From Cyanophora paradoxa CCMP329 (taxonomy: Eukaryota; Plantae; Glaucophyta), in the NCBI GenBank assembly GCA_004431415.1, contig QPMI01000029.1, positions 248,001 to 312,000 of the forward strand: DNA of 64,000 nucleotides, read 5' to 3'. Both the position numbers and the translations under genes were made by a program. Below are positions 1 to 10,642 of this stretch, piece after piece; positions within the stretch are counted from its first letter, which is position 1; each line of letters begins with the position of its first letter. The notes below the pieces were generated by a model. It was not told where the DNA came from. It saw only the letters and a list, made by a program, of their open reading frames with translations, and ran no database searches.

Positions 1-103
1 AGCGCAGAAAACAAAATCCGACCGTCGGACCGATGATATCGATCGTGTCTTTTGGCACTTCCGGGATCACGGCGGGATCGGATATCGAATCATATTAACG
101 ATA

Positions 104-366
104 CCGTAATACACAATATATTATGTCATGCAAATTTATGTCGTTTTAAAACCCGAGCCTTCTCTATGCGAAATATGACGTCCCCAAATTATGTCGGCGT
201 GCAATTTTCAGGCTTGTATGGGGCGGTAAAATTGGGGGGTACTATATGGGGCGGCTTAGCGAGCCCAAATTATGACGTCTCCAAATTATGTCGTTTTGTC
301 AAGTTTTAGGCGACATAATTTCGGGACGACATAATAAAGTACAGACCTTAATATTCTGCATTACGG
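104..366. mobile_element. MITE, Tc1/mariner-pogo-like (CCGTA termini, TA TSD)
   Basis: GATACCGTAATACACAATAT (100-119) matches the reverse complement of 351-370 at 18/20. Ends read TA|CCGTA...TACGG|TA. Inner inverted and direct repeats of AAATTATGTCG/CGACATAAT. No coding capacity. Confidence 0.7.
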
Positions 367-879
367 TATCCGATCATTCCGATGATCGATGCCACAATGC
401 AGCCACGTGCACATGCCGGCGCCATGATGCATCATGCTGCTGATTCATGCATGATCACGAATCACGATCATCGCCGACTCGACGCCGAGTCGGATGTGGC
501 GGGATCGATATCCATCAGGAGTCAGGACTCCGGACTCCGGATCGAATCCAGAGCCTACTAGGCTAGCCTAGTAGGAGTCTAGGACACTCAGGCTAGGACT
601 CTAGCCGAGAAGCCAAGTAGAAGGCTACGTATACTTAGTAGTATAACCTCGAGGCTGTCGCGAATCCAGACTCGCGATCGGAGACTCGGACTCGCCGAGT
701 CGCGAGTCGCGATCGGAAATCGCGGCCCTGATTCGCGGGATCCCGGCCCGAATTTCCGGAAATGAAATTGGCGCCTCGAGTTTCCGGCCCGAATCCCGGG
801 ATTCCCGGCCCGGTACGCGTCCGGAGGCTCCGGAGCCTCGATCGGACCGGACTCGGACTCACCGGAGAGTCCAAGCGTG

Positions 880-1170
880 TGGCACGAAATTACCGCGGCA
901 TAAATTACCGCGTTATAAGCTATAAGCCTATATATAACTTATAAGCCGGCCCTGGTCCGGGCCGAAGGTGGCCAAAATACCGCGGTACCAAATTACCGCG
1001 TTACTAGTATAAATTTTGAGGCTTGTATGGAGCAGTTATTTTGGGGGGTACTGTACCAGTGTTTGGAGCAACTTAGCAGCAGGTTCAACGGTTATTACCG
1101 CGTTATCGAATTACCGCGTTTCGTCAAGATTTTGGCCATGGCGCGGTTATGTCAAGATTTTGGCGTAGTC
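880..1170. mobile_element. Degenerate MITE-like element related to 104-366
   Basis: Shares a core with 203-245 (AATTTT.AGGCTTGTATGG.GC.GT.A..TTGGGGGGTACT) and a GTCAAG..TT.GGC motif. Carries repeated (A)ATTACCGCG instead of ATTATGTCG. TIRs not resolved. Confidence 0.45.
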
Positions 1171-1799
1171 GGAGGCTTGGAGCCCCGCTGCCGACTCGGG
1201 GTCGAGACTGTCCGACCGTCGCGATCGGACGGTCGAGTCTCGCGAGTCGCGAGACTCGCGACGGACTCTCTCCGGGAGGAGTCCCGGGATCCGGAGGAGC
1301 CCGGAGGACGGAGCCGGCGCCTCAGTGAACTTCGGGCTCTTAAGTTTGTACTAAGTTAGAGGCTCGCCGCCGGGTCGCCGGCTCCGCGGCGCAATTGCGA
1401 GTCGCGACTCGCGAGTCGCGACCGATCATCAGATCATCGGCTATCCGTGCCATGCAGCATGCAGATTCCGTGGTATCGCAGGCTTCGCAGCTTATAAACT
1501 GCTTCTTGCATGCGCAGCCGGCGCTTGCACCGCTGAACTGATCGTACGATCCTGATCATGACCAAACGCATGCGGGAGGCGTTTTCCAGTCGACTTCCAC
1601 GAGCAGAAATTGCGGGCCTCCGGATCCCGATGCATGCGCGTACGGCAATTGCAACGTCTCTGCAGCTGCGTGCGCATGCGCACCAAACCATATGAATATC
1701 ACGCGATGCACGTGTGATGCGCACATGCATATTATGCGCTTGCGGCAGTTCACATGTGCATGGTCTTCGGCGTTGTGGCGATGCTGGGCGGGACTGCAG

Positions 1800-4184
1800 C
1801 TGGCGCGACGCCTCCTGGCGACCCCGACTCCCTTGTTCAGCCTGGAGCGTACACCTTCTGTGCAGGAGGCAGCGGACCCGCGCAAGCAGGTAAGCACCCA
1901 GTACTGGCAATATAAGCTGCATCACCCCGGGCCCGGGCCCCCGGGCCGGGCCCGGCGGCCGGCGCCTCGGAAGATGTCGCGGTGTGTACACACTCGAGCT
2001 CCGCAGGGACAGGCACAGGCGCGACCTTCGGGCCCCCGATTACCGGTACGCACATATGCACGATCGATATCGCGATATATCGATGCGCTTGCATACCGTA
2101 GTGCCCTCGTGCACGTGTATAGACAAGCTAAAGTATGTGCAAAGAACCTCCGAGGCTCCCGGAGTCCGATGCTCATATATAATCAGCCGTTGAAGCTTGA
2201 GCAAGTCCCCTTCCAAAAGTTCGATATCGATGTACATGTACATATGCATGGAAATCTATGTCGGAGGCGCGCGGTCGACGTCGGATTGAAGCCTTGGAGC
2301 TAATCACTAGAACCGCTCGCGATCGTTGCGCAGCGATGCATTACTCTTCATTCGACGGTGCGTACGCGTGTGCAAATATTAATGTCTCGTACGGCTATGC
2401 ATATGTATATAGCTATTTATCATGATCATGATCATTCAACATGCGCCGCGCCGCGCACGGCCGCCGGGCCGCGGTGACGTTTTGATGATAGAACACCTCT
2501 ACGTGGTATCTATCAACCATGTCTGGCGTTTCAACGCGTCGTGCTCGTCAACACTCGTGGCTGGCATGCTTTCGGGGTCCGGAGCACTCCCTGCCCTTAC
2601 AGGAGCCGGAGTCGATCCCTTGGCGGTCTCTTTCTCGTGCGTTATTTACATGCCCTCTCTCGAAAATCTCTCCTCTCTTGATACCGATACGAGTGCATGA
2701 TGCCGAATGCCCACAACTCATATTCATGATGCCGCATATAGGCACTTGTCCGCGGTCACTGCCGCCTCGAGCGACAAGCTCTTTGTCGCGGACTTCTCCA
2801 GCTACAAGGTCGTGGGGATCGACCTGACCGGCGCTTCAAGGTCCGAATTCTCTGCAAACCCAACCCGCTTTCGAGATAATATATTATCTAAATGACACAA
2901 ACAGGAAGCTCACGACGTACTTCGACGGGACCCCCAATGTTTTCGGTGGTGCGTATGCATGCATATGCATGCCATGATGTATACGATCGCGCGATGCCGG
3001 AGTCCTGCATATGTCACTGAGTCATTCGAAATTCCGATCCGTTGCTGGCAGGAGCGGCGCCATACGCCCCATGGGGACTGGCGGCCTCTGGAAGCTTTAT
3101 TTACATTGCATTGCAAGAGGCCGTCACCTCCCCCGCTTTGAAAAACGTCATTCGCTTGTCAATTGACGGTGAGTTATGCCATGATGGCCAGAATTCACCA
3201 ACGACGTGGCTATATTTTTCGAGTTCCAATTCTAATTGATTGCGTCATTGCGCACCTGGATCCGGAGGCTCGGACAAGGCCCACATCAGCCCCTCTTCTG
3301 TTTACCTTCGGCGCGCGGAGCAGTCGTCCCCCAAGTTCACCTTCGGCTACCAAGCTCTTTCACTGGATGCGAGCGCGGGCGCCGACTCGCTCTCGTTCTT
3401 TTTGACAAGCTCGGTCGCTTTCGGAGGCGAGGCACGCTCCATTCCAAAGGTCTGTGTGTGCGCGCTAGCGTACGCGTCATGATCACATCCATAATCATAT
3501 AACGAAATCGAAATCAATATTATACGTAAACTGTTGTACTGACGCAATCATTCAAGTTTGACGTCTCCAACTCCGCGGGGACCGGCACTGCCCGCTCGGT
3601 CGAATTCACTGGTACGAACACCTTTTCTGGAGCAGTGGCCCCCGTGAAGACCCGGTCAGCTCCGAATCCTGGTGTCACGGTGTCCTCGCGTTGACGGTTT
3701 TAATCTCGTAGGTACGGGTTGTGGAGGCTCATTGGGCAAAGCACTGGCACTCAAAAGCTCCGATTTTTCGATTCCACTGGCAACGAGACAACTGCATCAG
3801 AGGCCCTGGCCGACGCGGTCACAGGGTGCGCATGCAGCTGAACCCGTACGCGTGCTTGGTCATGGTCGTCAGTGCTTGCCGCGGCCGGCATGCTGTTGCA
3901 CTAGCTAATTATAAAACTCTAATTACGAGAATACGTTCACGACCATTGGCTGAAATTGTATTCCGCTGCAGGCCGGACGGCAGCACACAGTTGCAGATTT
4001 CCACCAACTACATGGCCGTAGCCCCTATCAATGGACGCGATGCGCCCTACTTCTACACGGTCTGGGGCGGAAGCAGCAACTACATCTACCTGCACCGCCT
4101 GAACGTGACGGTTACGACTCCGTCTCCAAGCCCGTCGCCGAGTTCCACGCCGAGCCCGTCGCCCAGCGCCAGCGCCAGCCCGAG

Positions 4185-4224
<40 letters not shown>

Positions 4225-5674
4225 TCGCCGACGGAGATGCCGCCGCCGCCGCCGTGTCCGACGCCAAGCTTGATCGCGGGCCCCGCGTGCACGTGCAACG
4301 CCACAGCCCCCACCGCCACAGCCTCGCCGTCGCCGGCCGCGGCTGCCGCGTCGACGCCGTCTTCTTCGCCGTCTCCGTCGCCCTCTGCCCTTCCGGTTGG
4401 CTCTGATTTCAATTCTTGATGATCGGAGTCTTGACGGTGATCTGATCTTCGCAGGTCGTGCTGCAAAGTGTTCAGATCGCAATTGTTGGCTTAGGAAATG
4501 CGGTGCGGATTACCCGTCACCATTTCTCTCGACGTCCGATCGATATCCGGATCCATTCGAATTCGTGATCATGATATGCACAACGTTAGCTAACTCAAAA
4601 ACCCTTCTGCACAATCAGATAAGCAAGGCGAACAGCACGCTCCTTCCGGTGTGTATACGTATGACGGAGTTTAAATTTGCGCTCTCTTTGGTTTTTCGGT
4701 CGCGAAACGGACGCGAGCGGTTGGCTATCGGCAGGACGGGTCCTACCTGATTCCAGTTGCCTCTCCAAGTATCACCGCGCCTGTGGTCAGCTTCTATTCT
4801 GAATCCATACAAAGGGGCTGTGTATAGTTTCCTAATCATGCAGAACACTGCAGGCTGGATCAAGCAACGTTATCACAATCAAGGGCGAGAATTTTCCGGT
4901 GCATGCGCCAAGGCGCTCGTTCGCCGCAATTAATTTTTATAATATCGATATCATAATCATTTCATGTTGCAATTGACCTTCGCCGCGTACGCGTTCAGTA
5001 TCCCGAGAAAATCGATATCTTCATTGTCGACCAAGCGACTGGCCAGCGGCGCAAGGCCCCTTACGCTGAAATCGTGTCTACCTCAGAGATTCGTTTCCTG
5101 GCCCCGAGCTCTACAGCCTCCAGCAGCAACAACGCCGCGGCGCGTGCACGGCACCTTCTGCTCGACGCAGAGCAGGCGTACAACCTCCGCATTGAGTTTC
5201 CATCGAATACTTATGCACCGCTCGTTCTCGAGAAGGTGCGGTGCAACCGTATGCATAATCTAATGTCGACCGTCGGACATCATGCTTGCATGCTTTGAGT
5301 TAATTTCAAGCGTATGCATAACTTATAAGTTATTTGGATGCTCTTGCTGATTATGTATAAAGATCTCGCTACCACTTTATAGTTTCAGTACAATTGCCGG
5401 TGCTCACTACAATCCAATCATTCGACAGGCTTTCAAGTGGACCCAAGCGTCACCCGCTTCAGCAAATTCCATCCCTTTCGCACCATACCTTTCGAGTGGA
5501 TCACGCACATCATCCGTGAGCGCGTTTTGAAATTGGCCTTCAGCCAGTACTAGTACTAGTTACTAGTGCAGCACAATCGAATGTATCCTTTGATTGACGG
5601 CTGCGCAGGCTGGATTGGAGCTCTGCCTTTCCGCCATGTTGGCTCTAGCAACAGTTGCGGGAAAAAAATGGTAA
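1800..5674 (+). CDS. Multi-exon secreted/surface glycoprotein: beta-propeller (NHL-like) segments, Ser-Pro/Pro-Thr linker, possible PA14-like domain, hydrophobic C-terminal tail (start not located)
   Basis: Exon peptides SDKLFVADFSSYKVVGIDL and PWGLAASGSFIYIA; (SP)n/(PT)n linker ~4118-4390; LLLDAEQAYNLRIEF; AFKWTQASPASANSIPF; terminal AGLELCLSAMLALATVA. GT-AG boundaries are visible, but exon joining is inferred. Confidence 0.45.
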
Positions 5675-5846
5675 AGTGGGGCTACTGTCACCACATCGAT
5701 TAATTCCCAATATATCAAACAATCCCAATCAAAATCCTCTCGATTCTCAGTCTTTACCAATCAGAATTCAACAAATTCTCAGTCTCTCAATCACAATTAA
5801 TCGAAGTTATATCTTAAATTAATTAATCGAAGTTATATCATTATCT

Positions 5847-6047
5847 TGTTGCCAGCCTGGTTTCCACTGAGTCGAGCCACTCATACCATGTACCCCAGTC
5901 AGTAGTCTTGCTGTACCCTCCGGGACCGCACCACGGCTCCCAATACAGCCCCACCACCCCTCGGGGCAATCTCGCGTGTAGCGCACGGGCTGGGAGCACA
6001 GCTGGGCAGCCACAGCACAGCAGAGCGGACCAACAACACCAATAATA
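5847..6047 (+). repeat. LTR 1 (TGTTGCC...CAATAATA)
   Basis: Identical by eye to 7722-7922. Confidence 0.92.
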
Positions 6048-7721
6048 CCCTCGCCGCGACAGCCGCTGGCCCCGTCGACGGACGCTGCGGACGTCGATGC
6101 GCCGGTGGAGAGTCCGTGGATTCTACATGGTGGAGAGTGCGCGCGATCGCTGGACTACGAGAAGGAGGGACGATCGGCACGGAGGCCGAATCTTCAAAAG
6201 CGGAGGGAGGAGAAGAAGACGGCGATCCCAACCGCGACCGTAGCGATGTGCTCGTCAGCAGCAGCACCGGGTGATGCCCCGCGACCGGCCCTCGCTCGCG
6301 CGCTGGACCGCGTCGGACCGTCGGGTGATTCCCGTGCCGCCTGCAGCAGCCTTGGCAGCTGGGTGATTCCAGCGTAATCCGTGCGGCCTGATCGAGAGCT
6401 GGTGTTCTTTCCACGTCGATCAGCGCCATCGCGCATCGGAGGCCGGGTGATTCCGGCATGAGCCTCGGCTTGCGTACCTCAGCGACTCAACACGCCGCGC
6501 TCCGCGCGCGTGAGCAAGGGCGCCAAAGGCGAGCGCTGTCTGCGAGTGCTGCGCGTCCCGGGAGTCCGCCCAACCAGACCGGCGCGCACTTCAAAGGCTT
6601 GGCCGCGATCGCCCGGACCTGCGCGTACGGACTGGAGGCGGCGACCAAGCTACATCTTCACGCTGAAGATACGCTCTCTCTCATTCTTTCCGTCGCATTA
6701 GCAGCTCGCCCCCCGAGAGTCGCTCTTAGAAGGGAACCATCTATGCGTGTCCCGCGACTCGGCTACCCATGCCAGTCGCCTTGAGAGTCTATGAGCTTTG
6801 AGAGTCTATCTTGCTTCCGACTGAGAGTCTGTCGCAACCGACTGGGAGTCCGGCCCCGCGCCGTTCAGTCGTGACCCTTATCGCTGTCCGATGGCCCACG
6901 GATGATGTATCCGATGCGGCGTTGCCCCTTCCAATCCCGGATGATGTATCCGATGAGTCGCATAGCCTGCCATGGCCCGTTGGAGCCCCAAAGAGAGTTG
7001 CCTCGCCGGTCCCGAGCTGCTAGCCTCCCGCCTGAGTGATGGCCCCTGCGGAAGGATGGCTCTGACCGATCCCTCTTGCTGTCTTGCTCAGATGCGGCCA
7101 CTCGCAATCGAGGCTTCAAGATGACCAGACTTACCTTGCGTGCCGCGCGTCACACCCGTCTTTACGATGGCCGTGATTGCCCGAGCCGCCCCTCCCCGTC
7201 GCTGACGTGCTGTACCCCGACGTCGATGTCCCCCGGGCCCTGCCCCTTGCATCCTTTGCCGTTCTCCATTCCTCTTTTGAGTCTTCCCATTTCCTTTCCC
7301 GTTGGGTGGTGGTTTTCTGCCTGGTCTCTTGCTGTGGGATGCAAGTGCCGGTGCCTCTCTGTATGGCCCCAGGGTCCCATCAGTGGCTTGGCCTCTTCAG
7401 ACCTCGCGCCTCGCTGCTGCCCTGGATAGCGGGTTCTTTCTCATCCCTGTCCTTTCTCGTGCAGTTCCGTAGTGGCTTCATCCTTACCAGTGAGGGAGAT
7501 CCCCCTCGGTAGCTTTCGCCTTACCAGTGAGGGAGATCCCTGTACCCTCGTTCCCTCGGCGTACCCCTCGATCTTTCGGACGGCCTTTGAGAGTTGTACC
7601 CCTTCTGGCCCTTGGTTCATTGCCAGGCCTAGGCGTTTTCCGTCCCGGCCCCGACCACGCGGGCGTAGTCGTTGCCGTTCCGATGTGGACCACGTGGACG
7701 TGGTCGTACCAGTGAGGGAGA

Positions 7722-7922
7722 TGTTGCCAGCCTGGTTTCCACTGAGTCGAGCCACTCATACCATGTACCCCAGTCAGTAGTCTTGCTGTACCCTCCGGGA
7801 CCGCACCACGGCTCCCAATACAGCCCCACCACCCCTCGGGGCAATCTCGCGTGTAGCGCACGGGCTGGGAGCACAGCTGGGCAGCCACAGCACAGCAGAG
7901 CGGACCAACAACACCAATAATA
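7722..7922 (+). repeat. LTR 2
   Basis: Identical by eye to 5847-6047. Confidence 0.92.
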
Positions 7923-8134
7923 TATCTCGATTCATTATATTTAATCGAAGTTATATCTTAAATCTTATTTATCGAAGTTATATCATAATCTCGATTAATT
8001 ATATTTAATCGAAGTTATATCAATATCTCGATTAGTTATATTCAATCGAAGTTATATCAATTTTAAACGTAATCAAATTTTGACCGATCCAAAAAAATGA
8101 CGACTGTTTTTAAATTAACCATATCGATCTGTAA

Positions 8135-8428
8135 ATGACCACCATAATACCAGAAGATGTTGAAGAGATTCTTCAAGATATGCCCATAATTCCAGATGAG
8201 CAACAATTAAGCAAATTGATTGAGAAAACCGCTAATAGTGCTGGTTTAAATGTTAACAAACTACCAAGCAAATATAAAACAAATCTTATGAAAGGCTTCT
8301 TATCTACCATGGAAACTATGAACACACACCAATACTCACAAATATTAGAAAAAAGACACGATGTAAACCATACACGCTGTAAATTACGTAGGAAATTGAT
8401 TTTGAAAAACGCAATGGACACGAAATGA
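8135..8428 (+). CDS. Viral hypothetical protein (97 aa)
   Basis: AT-rich intronless ORF with AAATG start, convergent with the ATPase. No recognised domain. Confidence 0.65.
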   Translation: MTTIIPEDVEEILQDMPIIPDEQQLSKLIEKTANSAGLNVNKLPSKYKTNLMKGFLSTMETMNTHQYSQILEKRHDVNHTRCKLRRKLILKNAMDTK

Positions 8429-8449
8429 GTTTCAAACATTCCTTGTTAT

Positions 8450-9217
8450 CTAAACCGTTATTGTTGTGGGTTCATTACTAATTCGTATTGATTCTCTCTT
8501 TTTAATCGCTCGTCTCTTAACAAACTTCTTAAAGCCTTTCATATCATCATCTGTTAATATTGCGCGGTCTGTGTATACTTTGATATCATACCCTTGCAAT
8601 CCAGTTATGACTGTTTGGTAATTGTAACCCCACATTTTATGTAACTCTTTGTAGGTCTTTTTATCAAGACCCCCATTATACTCATCATAAGCGCAGTTAA
8701 ACTCCTTCTCATTCCCAAGAATATTGAAAAATACTACGAACTCAACATTTCGACGAATTGTAGTAGAAATAGAGCATAAACGTTGAGTATTAATAATTAC
8801 TGTAATCGAATAATGACGGGCTGTCGTGATCAGTTTAGATAACACAGCCGAATTATGCATATCTAAATTGGAACCGATCATATCATCAAGTATAATAACA
8901 AGATTGTTGCGTTTTTCATTATTTTCAATTCGTTTCTTTTGCATGCTAATGAGTTTCACTACTACATTATCGTCCCATTCCTCATAGATATTATCAGGAT
9001 GCGTTATATCTCTGAACTGACCTGTAAATGCAGTAGAACTAAAAACTACAATCTGATCGATCTTATCCCTCAGTTCATAAAGTAGATATTTGCAGTAGGT
9101 TGTTTTTCCCGAGTTGCTGCGCCCGCAAAGTAAAAAACGCGTGCTTAACTTTACTGTTCTTGCAGGCTCAAACTCTGGGATGTCGTTCAAATCAATATCC
9201 ATTCCTGTGTTATCCAT
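8450..9217 (-). CDS. A32/FtsK-HerA-like genome packaging ATPase
   Basis: Walker A GRSNSGKT, Walker B LVIILDD, and the A32-type motif TTARHYSITVIINTQ followed by IRRN. Confidence 0.95.
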   Translation of the reverse strand: MDNTGMDIDLNDIPEFEPARTVKLSTRFLLCGRSNSGKTTYCKYLLYELRDKIDQIVVFSSTAFTGQFRDITHPDNIYEEWDDNVVVKLISMQKKRIENNEKRNNLVIILDDMIGSNLDMHNSAVLSKLITTARHYSITVIINTQRLCSISTTIRRNVEFVVFFNILGNEKEFNCAYDEYNGGLDKKTYKELHKMWGYNYQTVITGLQGYDIKVYTDRAILTDDDMKGFKKFVKRRAIKKRESIRISNEPTTITV

Positions 9218-9343
9218 TACAGTAATAAGATAAAAAACAAAATAAACCCCTTAGCGCATGCAAGGCATGCTTGTCATGCCGACCCTACTACTTTTGCGCT
9301 TCCTACTCTAACGAAAGAAAAGAATCTACTTCCTTCGGTCGTT

Positions 9344-9363
9344 GCGCGCGGGCGAAACCGCGC
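9344..9363 (-). terminator. GC hairpin immediately 3' of the major capsid gene
   Basis: GCGCGG-GCGAAA-CCGCGC abuts the MCP stop within otherwise AT-rich DNA. Function is inferred. Confidence 0.4.
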
Positions 9364-10590
9364 TTAGAAGTTCGAGACTTTCAGGGTAGAAATGTTGTAG
9401 CCATTGAGGACCATAACATTGTGTCGTAGGGCATAGATATCAACCTGAACAGGAGCAGCATCAGTGCATCCCGAAACAGTGAGATCCATGTAACTGGAAC
9501 TGCTGTTGAAGAAATCCTGGTAACCCATAACACTGTTCCGAAGCGAATCTTTTCCAGATTTGGAAAGAACGATTCCGTAAATATTTCCATTCTCGAATCC
9601 ATAAGTAGTATTGCCAACAGTAACACCCTTGTAATGAGAAGGAATGTGATTGATAGCCGAGAGGAAACCAGAAATGGGTTTGTTGGAGATATCGAGGGAG
9701 CGATTGTTGTGGAAGATCTGGAACTGATCGATCTTAACATCCGATACATGACCACAGAAATCCGAGTGAGTGTAGGTATTTAGTTTGTTCACCTCTCGAA
9801 CAGTCATGAGAATTGAATGAACCAGTCCGGAAACATTAGCGAGTGTAACCTCAACCGATTCACCAGCATCAGCGGTTTTGAGCGCTCGTGTCTTCTTGTG
9901 GATGACCTCTGTGATCGGAATGCGAATGCCACCTTGTTCATTTGCCATTTTCAAAAGTGTCTCAGCCTCAGCCGAAGCGATGTTTACGAATTGACAGATC
10001 AGGGAGCAATCTGAAAAGGTAACAGATCCACCGGCAGGAACTTTGACAATTGCAGCATCACGGAAATCAACCTCGATTGTTGGCATATCAGCCAGAGTGC
10101 ATAGTGGAAAATAGGCATCATCCCAGAAAGCAGCCGGGATTTTAACGATGTATTCCATAGCCTCATCTGTGCTTTCACGATCAAGTTCTTTGAAGTAACC
10201 GAGAGAAGCATACATGCTGCTCATTGTAGCATGATCATTATCAATCAGAGCGTTAACAGTAATCCAGTCACCAGGGATGATATACTTGAAACCACCATGA
10301 ACAAAGCGGACCTCATTAATAAAGGAAGAACCACCATTAGGGAGGGTGCAGGCTACACCACCACCAGTGGCAATCTTGAAATAGAGTGAAACACCAGCAA
10401 GGAGTTGTTTGCGAGGTAGATCGAAGTAAGCGGTATTCTTAAAGCCAAAAGTATTGCCTCGGGGACGAACTTGCTCGAGGAATGGTTTGTACTTGGGGTT
10501 GGTTCCGATTTGGAGACCAGGGGAAAGATAAATTTGATCAGAACCGGGAGTAACGAGGAGTTCCTTAAGGGTAGTTCCAGTGAGTGCCAT
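9364..10590 (-). CDS. Double-jelly-roll major capsid protein (NCLDV-like motifs)
   Basis: 408 aa. Motif series FGFKNTAYFDLPRKQLL..VSLYF, FINEVRFVHGG...GDW, IPAAFW...FPLCTL, NIYGIVLS, GYQDFFN, VDIYALRHNVMVLNG. Sits between the ATPase and penton genes. Confidence 0.88.
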   Translation of the reverse strand: MALTGTTLKELLVTPGSDQIYLSPGLQIGTNPKYKPFLEQVRPRGNTFGFKNTAYFDLPRKQLLAGVSLYFKIATGGGVACTLPNGGSSFINEVRFVHGGFKYIIPGDWITVNALIDNDHATMSSMYASLGYFKELDRESTDEAMEYIVKIPAAFWDDAYFPLCTLADMPTIEVDFRDAAIVKVPAGGSVTFSDCSLICQFVNIASAEAETLLKMANEQGGIRIPITEVIHKKTRALKTADAGESVEVTLANVSGLVHSILMTVREVNKLNTYTHSDFCGHVSDVKIDQFQIFHNNRSLDISNKPISGFLSAINHIPSHYKGVTVGNTTYGFENGNIYGIVLSKSGKDSLRNSVMGYQDFFNSSSSYMDLTVSGCTDAAPVQVDIYALRHNVMVLNGYNISTLKVSNF

Positions 10591-10642
10591 CTCTTATGTT
10601 TAAAATACCAAAAGAAATTTTTAAAATGCTTTATTAAACAGA

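Larger units (their letters stand above)
5847..7922. mobile_element. Non-autonomous LTR retrotransposon (TRIM/LARD-like) nested in the viral TIR
   Basis: GC-rich 2076-bp insert with identical 201-bp direct repeats, a perfect 5-bp TSD TATCT (5842-5846; 7923-7927) and a purine tract AGTGAGGGAGA just before the right LTR. No recognisable gag, RT or integrase. Confidence 0.9.
5662..7991 (+). repeat. Left TIR (~250 bp: 5662-5846 + 7928-7991), interrupted by an LTR element
   Basis: 5662-5819 is the exact reverse complement of 19069-19226. Similarity continues with a few mismatches across the LTR insertion to 7991/18977. Confidence 0.93.

Noticed and set aside
5847-6047. Hammerhead ribozyme in the LTR (retrozyme)
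   Set aside because: No CUGANGA...GAAA core found on either strand of the LTR.
5899-7920. ORFs inside the LTR element as gag/pol
   Set aside because: Short overlapping GC-rich ORFs with no zinc knuckle, protease, RT or integrase motifs.
5800-8058. CRISPR-like repeat-spacer array
   Set aside because: Repeats are only 14 bp, spacers are 12-23 bp and similar to each other, there are no cas genes, and the context is eukaryotic/viral.
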